64,000 nt of DNA from Minisyncoccota bacterium. Its GTDB lineage: Bacteria > Patescibacteriota > Patescibacteriia > SG8-24 > DYFX01. Every line of letters begins with the position of its first letter. Positions within the stretch are counted from its first letter, which is position 1. The stretch spans positions 1,555 through 65,554 of the forward strand of contig JBPOIQ010000002.1 in assembly GCA_052034355.1 (NCBI GenBank), read 5' to 3'. Made by a program: the position numbers and the translations under genes. Below are positions 59,121-64,000 of this stretch, in pieces. The notes below the pieces were generated by a model that saw only the letters and a program-made list of their open reading frames with translations, ran no database searches and had not been told where the DNA came from.

Positions 59121-59831
59121 ATGGAATGGCTTACCGAAGAAATTGATCACGAAGCACAATCGTCCGGTTCCGAAGCTGTGGCGACTAAAGACATGCCGGA
59201 TCGCTTGGATGCCCTTGTCGATGCGGTCGTTCGTGCGGACATGGCTCCGAGCAAGGCAGCGACGCTTCGTTCTATCCTCAAAAACGTACGCGACTCGATC
59301 GACAACGCCCTGAAACTTCTTGAAGAATCGGGGCCTGAAACGAGAAGGGTGCAGCCGGGACTCGTCCAGGAGACGCAAACTTGGAACGTGACCGCCATTC
59401 CGCTCGTGCCGCCTTCGCAGAACCCTGCCGACACTTTTTCATCCAGCGAACGCGTGGTGGAAGGCGTCTTTGACGGCCAAGAAATGGTCGGCGACGACGG
59501 CAAGGGCTACGCCGTACCTCCGAACTACGCTTCGAAATCGAAGCTGGTGGAAGGGGACATGTTGAAGCTCACGATCGGTGGCCGCGGGAACTTCATCTAC
59601 AAGCAGATCGGACCGATCGAGCGCCAGCGTTTGATCGGCACGCTCGCGTTCGATCAGGAGACGAGTCAGTATCTCGTCGTTGCGGGCGGACGCTCTTGGA
59701 AGGTGATCAAAGCGTCCGTAACGTACTATAAAGCCGAAGCCGGCGACGAAGCCGTTATTCTCGTTCCGAAGAACGCACCGTCCAAGTGGGCGGCCGTCGA
59801 AAACATCATCCGCAAGAAGCCGCAGCTCTAA
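59121..59831 (+). CDS. hypothetical protein with C-terminal beta domain
   Basis: EGVFDG..M.G.DG..Y.VP.NYASKSKLVEGD.LKL; good packing with dnaX. Confidence 0.75.
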   Translation: MEWLTEEIDHEAQSSGSEAVATKDMPDRLDALVDAVVRADMAPSKAATLRSILKNVRDSIDNALKLLEESGPETRRVQPGLVQETQTWNVTAIPLVPPSQNPADTFSSSERVVEGVFDGQEMVGDDGKGYAVPPNYASKSKLVEGDMLKLTIGGRGNFIYKQIGPIERQRLIGTLAFDQETSQYLVVAGGRSWKVIKASVTYYKAEAGDEAVILVPKNAPSKWAAVENIIRKKPQL

Positions 59832-59849
59832 GAAACTCATTGGCCTGTC

Positions 59850-61403
59850 ATGACCGTACTGTATAGAAAATACAGGCCCAAGACGTTCGCGGAAGTCGCG
59901 GGGCAGGAGCATGTCAAAGCGGCACTCGCGAACGAAGTTGCCACCGATCGCGTCGCGCACAGCTACCTGTTTTCCGGACCGCGCGGCGTGGGTAAAACGA
60001 GCCTTGCGCGTATTTTCGCCAAGGCCCTGAATTGCCGCGAGCGTTCCAAGGAAGGCGAGCCATGCGGCGCCTGTGAAGCGTGTCTTGAAATCGCCGAAGG
60101 GCGCGCGCTCGACGTTGTTGAAATCGATGCTGCCTCGCATACAGGTGTCGATAATGTCCGCGAGCAGGTCATTGAGAACGCGCGTTTCGCTCCGTCGAAG
60201 CTCGCCTACAAGGTCTTCATCATCGATGAAGTCCACATGCTTTCGACATCGGCGTTCAATGCGCTTCTCAAGACGTTGGAAGAGCCGCCAGCGCGCGTCG
60301 TCTTTATTTTGGCCACGACGGAACTCCACAAGCTTCCGGCCACGGTGATTTCGCGCTGCCAGCGTTTTGATTTCCGAAAGATCCCGGCAGCGGAACTTAC
60401 GGCGCGTCTCGAAGGCCTGGCAAAAAAGGAAGGGTTCTCCGTCGAGGAGAGCGTTCTTTCGGCCGTTGCACGCTTGAGCGAGGGGTGTTTGCGCGACGCT
60501 GAGAGCTTGCTCAGCCAAATCTTTTCCTTAGGCGAGAAAAAAATTACGGCCGAAACGGCGGCGCTTGTTTTGCCTATCGTTTCTTCCGAAGCTGTCGACG
60601 GACTCATGCAGGCGCTCGTCGCCCGCGATGCGGGCGCGACCTTGGCGGCCTGGGAAAAGCTGCTTGCCTCCGGCGCCGATCCCGTCCGCATTGTCGCGGA
60701 ATTGATCGAGCGCGGCCGCGAGACCGCACTGGCTTCCATGAAAGACGCCGGGAACGGCTTGGCGCACGCGTCGGCCCTGCTTGAACGCCTCGTGCGCGCG
60801 CATGCCGAGATGAAACGATTGGATCCTCCGGAATTGGGTTTTGAATTGCTGCTCGCGGAGTGGTGCGCTGAACCGGCACGCGCAGCGGAACCGCCGAGAC
60901 GTGACCCTCCGCCACCCGCACCACCCGCCTCGAATCCTCCAAAAGCTGAAGCGCCGAAGCCCGCCGCAGCCGAACCGTCCGCGCCCGAGCCGCTCAATAC
61001 CGAACGCGCTGAAACACTTCCTTCTGGAGACGGTGTCGCAATCAGTCAGGTGAAAGAAAAGTGGACGGAGATCCTGGTTGCCGCCCAGAAGCGGAACCAT
61101 GGGCTTCCGTATATGCTCGGCGCGGCCGAGCTTTTGGATTGCGAAGGCGGTCTTCTGACGATCGGATTTCAATATGCCATGTATCGCGACCGTTTGAACG
61201 ACAAGCGTCATCGCGATTCTTTTGAAGCGGCGCTCGGCGAAGTGCTTGGCGCGTCCGTGCGCGTCAAAGCGATTCTCGTCGCGCAGCGCACGGACGGTCT
61301 AGTCGAACCTTCGCCGCACATTCAGGTTGAAGCCTCGGCGAATCTTCCGGAAGGATTCGCGGATTTGGTCAAAGAATTCGGAGGTACTGTCGCTGCCGGA
61401 TAA
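59850..61403 (+). CDS. dnaX: DNA polymerase III subunit gamma/tau
   Basis: LYRKYRP..F, GPRGVGKT, EIDAAS, IDEVHML, LLKTLEEPP, SRCQ. Confidence 0.97.
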   Translation: MTVLYRKYRPKTFAEVAGQEHVKAALANEVATDRVAHSYLFSGPRGVGKTSLARIFAKALNCRERSKEGEPCGACEACLEIAEGRALDVVEIDAASHTGVDNVREQVIENARFAPSKLAYKVFIIDEVHMLSTSAFNALLKTLEEPPARVVFILATTELHKLPATVISRCQRFDFRKIPAAELTARLEGLAKKEGFSVEESVLSAVARLSEGCLRDAESLLSQIFSLGEKKITAETAALVLPIVSSEAVDGLMQALVARDAGATLAAWEKLLASGADPVRIVAELIERGRETALASMKDAGNGLAHASALLERLVRAHAEMKRLDPPELGFELLLAEWCAEPARAAEPPRRDPPPPAPPASNPPKAEAPKPAAAEPSAPEPLNTERAETLPSGDGVAISQVKEKWTEILVAAQKRNHGLPYMLGAAELLDCEGGLLTIGFQYAMYRDRLNDKRHRDSFEAALGEVLGASVRVKAILVAQRTDGLVEPSPHIQVEASANLPEGFADLVKEFGGTVAAG

Positions 61404-61413
61404 ACGCAATACG

Positions 61414-61443
61414 AAAATCCCTCTCCGTACGGAGAGGGATTTT
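61414..61443. terminator. bidirectional terminator between dnaX and helicase
   Basis: AAAATCCCTCTCC-gtac-GGAGAGGGATTTT. Confidence 0.85.
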
Positions 61444-61445
61444 TC

Positions 61446-62921
61446 TTATTCGGCGTAGTAGAACTTCTTCGGAGGCATGCGGCGCTTGCCACCCTTCTTA
61501 CCGCCGAAGCTGCTGGAACGGCTCTGGGAACCGCCTTGGCTCTGTCCTTGATAGGACGGCGAGCTCGAGGCTTGGCTGTGTCCGCTGGAATGGCTCGGAG
61601 AGCTTCCTTGGCGCGGTGCGTAGCCGCTGTGACCGCCAGAGCGGCCTTGGTAGCCGCCACGGCTTCCGCCTTGGCTGCTCGTGGAGTGCGGTCGGCTGTG
61701 GTAGCCGCCGCGCCCGCCTTGCGGGCGAGGCTGCCAGACACCGAGGTCGGGGCGCTCAGCTTCGTGGTGCATGGGGCGCTCCGGGGGCAGTTCCTTCGGC
61801 AGAGGCGTAATCGGCAGCATCTTGCGCGTCAGGCGCTCGATATCGCGAACCTCGCTGCCCTGGTCGGGCTGGGCGAAGGTGATGGCCTTGCCGAGGCGTC
61901 CTGCGCGGCCGGTGCGGCCGATGCGGTGAACGTAGTCGTCCGGATTTTCCGGAACGTCGAAGTTGATGACGAGTTCGATGCCCGTCACGTCGATGCCGCG
62001 AGCGGCAATATCGGTGGCGACGAGGACGCGATGCTTGCCGGTCTTGAAGCCTTCAAGAGCGGCTTTGCGCTGGTTCAAGCTGCGGTTGGAGTGGATCTCG
62101 TCGGCGCCATGACCCATGCCGCGAACGGCGCGAGCAACTTTCTTGGCGGAGAACTTCGTGCGCGTGAACACCAGGACGGAACCTTTGTGCTCGTCGAGCA
62201 CCTTGTCGAGCAAGCGGAGTTTCTGATCCTTGCGCACGACGTACATTTCTTGCGCCACCGTTTCGGCGAGCGAACCCTGGCGGGCGATCTCGACGCGGAC
62301 GGGCGTCTTCATGTGGTTTGCGGCGATCGAGACGATATCTTCCGGCATGGTGGCGGAGAAGAGCATCGTTTGGCGCTCCTTCGGCACGGTGCGAAGAATG
62401 CGGTTGATCTGCGGCAGGAATCCCATGTCGAGCATGCGGTCGGCTTCGTCGAGGACGAGGATCTTGATATCCGAGAGATCGACGGTTTTCTGTTGCAAGT
62501 GATCGATCAAGCGACCCGGGGTCGCCACGATGACGTGGGGGTTGCGGCGTAGCGTGTCGATCTGCTGGCGCATGGAAGCGCCGCCGATCAAAACCGCGGT
62601 GCGGATGCCCATGTCTTTTCCGAGCTTGTGCAGCGTTTCATCGACTTGGAGCGCGAGCTCGCGGGTCGGCAAAAGCGCCAAACCGCGTCCTTTGTGGATC
62701 GCGAGGCGTTGAAGCATCGGAACGCCGAAGGCCAGCGTTTTGCCGGTACCGGTTTGGGCGATACCGATCATGTCCTTGCCCTCAATGGAGACGGGGATGG
62801 ACTTGTGTTGGATCGGGGTCGGCACGGTGTAATTGTGCTTGCCCAGGATTTCCAACAATTTAGGGGCGATGCCAAGGCCATGGAAGGCCAGGCCGTCGCC
62901 GGACGGGAGCGGTTGCGACAT
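61446..62921 (-). CDS. DEAD-box RNA helicase (RhlE-like)
   Basis: PTPIQ, AQTGTGKT, PTRELA, TPGR, DEAD, SAT, ARGID, HRIGRTGR; G/S/R-rich tail. Confidence 0.96.
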   Translation of the reverse strand: MSQPLPSGDGLAFHGLGIAPKLLEILGKHNYTVPTPIQHKSIPVSIEGKDMIGIAQTGTGKTLAFGVPMLQRLAIHKGRGLALLPTRELALQVDETLHKLGKDMGIRTAVLIGGASMRQQIDTLRRNPHVIVATPGRLIDHLQQKTVDLSDIKILVLDEADRMLDMGFLPQINRILRTVPKERQTMLFSATMPEDIVSIAANHMKTPVRVEIARQGSLAETVAQEMYVVRKDQKLRLLDKVLDEHKGSVLVFTRTKFSAKKVARAVRGMGHGADEIHSNRSLNQRKAALEGFKTGKHRVLVATDIAARGIDVTGIELVINFDVPENPDDYVHRIGRTGRAGRLGKAITFAQPDQGSEVRDIERLTRKMLPITPLPKELPPERPMHHEAERPDLGVWQPRPQGGRGGYHSRPHSTSSQGGSRGGYQGRSGGHSGYAPRQGSSPSHSSGHSQASSSPSYQGQSQGGSQSRSSSFGGKKGGKRRMPPKKFYYAE

Positions 62922-63021
62922 GTAGAGAGATAGTGTCAGTGACCCGAGGCCCCTAGGTCACGACAACTGCCGCTACGGGATCGAGTCCAGCCCTGTTAAC
63001 AGGGCTCCTGATTAAGGTTGT

Positions 63022-63050
63022 ACGATAGCACGTCCCGGCAAAAACGTCAA
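63022..63050 (-). promoter_or_regulatory. promoter of DEAD-box helicase
   Basis: TTGACG-17 nt-(TGc)TATCGT on minus strand. Confidence 0.6.
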
Positions 63051-63059
63051 TGTTTGAGC

Positions 63060-63833
63060 TTATTCGCCGAACAAGCCGAGGGCGTTTCCATGAAAAACCT
63101 TGGCAGCGTTTCGTCCTGCCAGTTTCTTCACGACGCTAACATAGGAACGCATGTCGCTGATCGGCCAATCGCTGCCGTAGAGGATTTTTCCGGAAGACTC
63201 AGTAATCAAGTCGAACTTACGCCAAAGCTCTGCAAAGTGAGCGCGCTGGGTCTGGTTGAATGACCCATAGACGAAACCTGAGCAGTCAGCAAAGACGTTT
63301 TTGTTCTTGTAGCAGACCTGTGCAGCGTCGATAACCCAAGGGCTTCCGAGGTGAGCGATGACGATCTTCAAATTCGGCATTTCCGAAGCAAGATCGTCGA
63401 TATGAAGCGGGTGGGCGAATTTCAGTTTTGCACCGCCAATCGCGTCATAGGTATCTCCCATATGGAAAATTGCCGGCCGGCCATGCTTCTCAAGCAGTTT
63501 CATGTATGGTCGTAGGCGGCGGTCGTTCGGATAGAAGTGTTCGTAACCGGTATAAAATTTAATGCCGCGGATATCGCCTTTGGCGAGCCATCGCTCAACT
63601 CTGGGAAGCGATGGTTGAAATGCCTTGAGGGTGGGGGAGACCGTGCCGATGCCGAAGAGCGCTTTTGGATGCGGCGCGATCTCTTGAAGAAGGTGCTCGG
63701 TCGTAAGGCCGTTAATCGTAGCAGCAAAGACGGCTGCGCGGTCAACGCGCGCACGCCGCATTTCTGCAAGCAGCGACGAAACGGTTTTTTGGCCGCTGCG
63801 GAGGCCGATGTGTGCGTGCGCGTCGATAATCAT
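63060..63833 (-). CDS. amidohydrolase family protein (Amidohydro_2-like)
   Basis: IDAHAH, GIK, FHMG, IAHLG, LYGSDWP, GNA..LF. Confidence 0.9.
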   Translation of the reverse strand: MIIDAHAHIGLRSGQKTVSSLLAEMRRARVDRAAVFAATINGLTTEHLLQEIAPHPKALFGIGTVSPTLKAFQPSLPRVERWLAKGDIRGIKFYTGYEHFYPNDRRLRPYMKLLEKHGRPAIFHMGDTYDAIGGAKLKFAHPLHIDDLASEMPNLKIVIAHLGSPWVIDAAQVCYKNKNVFADCSGFVYGSFNQTQRAHFAELWRKFDLITESSGKILYGSDWPISDMRSYVSVVKKLAGRNAAKVFHGNALGLFGE

Positions 63834-63867
63834 GTTAGAATTGTATCAGCATTGTAAAAAAAAATCC

Positions 63868-64000
63868 ATGCAAGAAATTCAACCTCCGCATGCAATTCCG
63901 AACGAAGGGCACAAGTTGTTCTTGGCCGGCAGTATCGAAATGAATAGCGCCGAAGAATGGCAGAAAAACGTGTTGGATCGCCTGGCGGAAACGGACTGGA
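63868..64000 (+). CDS. nucleoside 2-deoxyribosyltransferase-like protein, 5' part
   Basis: MQEIQPP...LFLAGSIEM..AEEWQ; runs off window end. Confidence 0.7.
   Translation, partial: MQEIQPPHAIPNEGHKLFLAGSIEMNSAEEWQKNVLDRLAETDW

Noticed and set aside
60422-60428. In-frame A AAA AAG slippery heptamer in dnaX
   Set aside because: At about codon 191, inside the clamp-loader core, too early to yield a functional gamma subunit; no clear stimulatory SD or hairpin

Overview
GC-rich bacterial chromosomal segment using the standard genetic code. Its gene repertoire suggests a Patescibacteria/CPR (Parcubacteria-like) genome; this is an inference from eukaryote-type GlyRS, a lone VirB4/TraG-like ATPase, a GH42-like secreted hydrolase, a fibre-like adhesin and core genes lacking Shine-Dalgarno (SD) sites. 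Core content: glyQS 3' end, tpiA, rpmG, ung, rarA, an ftsI-like PBP, murF, dusB, a YidC-like gene, a P-type ATPase, a CIRCE-hrcA-grpE-hsp20-dnaK-dnaJ heat-shock locus, cysS, dnaX, a DEAD-box helicase and six tRNA genes (Thr-GGT, Tyr, Thr-TGT, an aberrant Trp, Pro-CGG, Glu-CTC). No CRISPR array, rRNA, integrase or transposase was seen. The most striking pattern is two gene classes. Housekeeping genes have no SD. About a dozen interspersed orphan or foreign-looking genes carry strong SD sites (TPR lipoprotein, PBP1A with an N-terminal multi-TM domain, Hanks kinase, ATPase-dead PilB homolog, CRIPT-like Cys protein and others), often with their own promoter. Two promoter- and terminator-delimited structured intergenic RNAs (about 22005-22143 + and 42877-42601 -) both display anti-SD-like CCUCC loops. 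This suggests a possible undescribed sRNA system that selectively controls SD-led genes; it is a hypothesis and untested.
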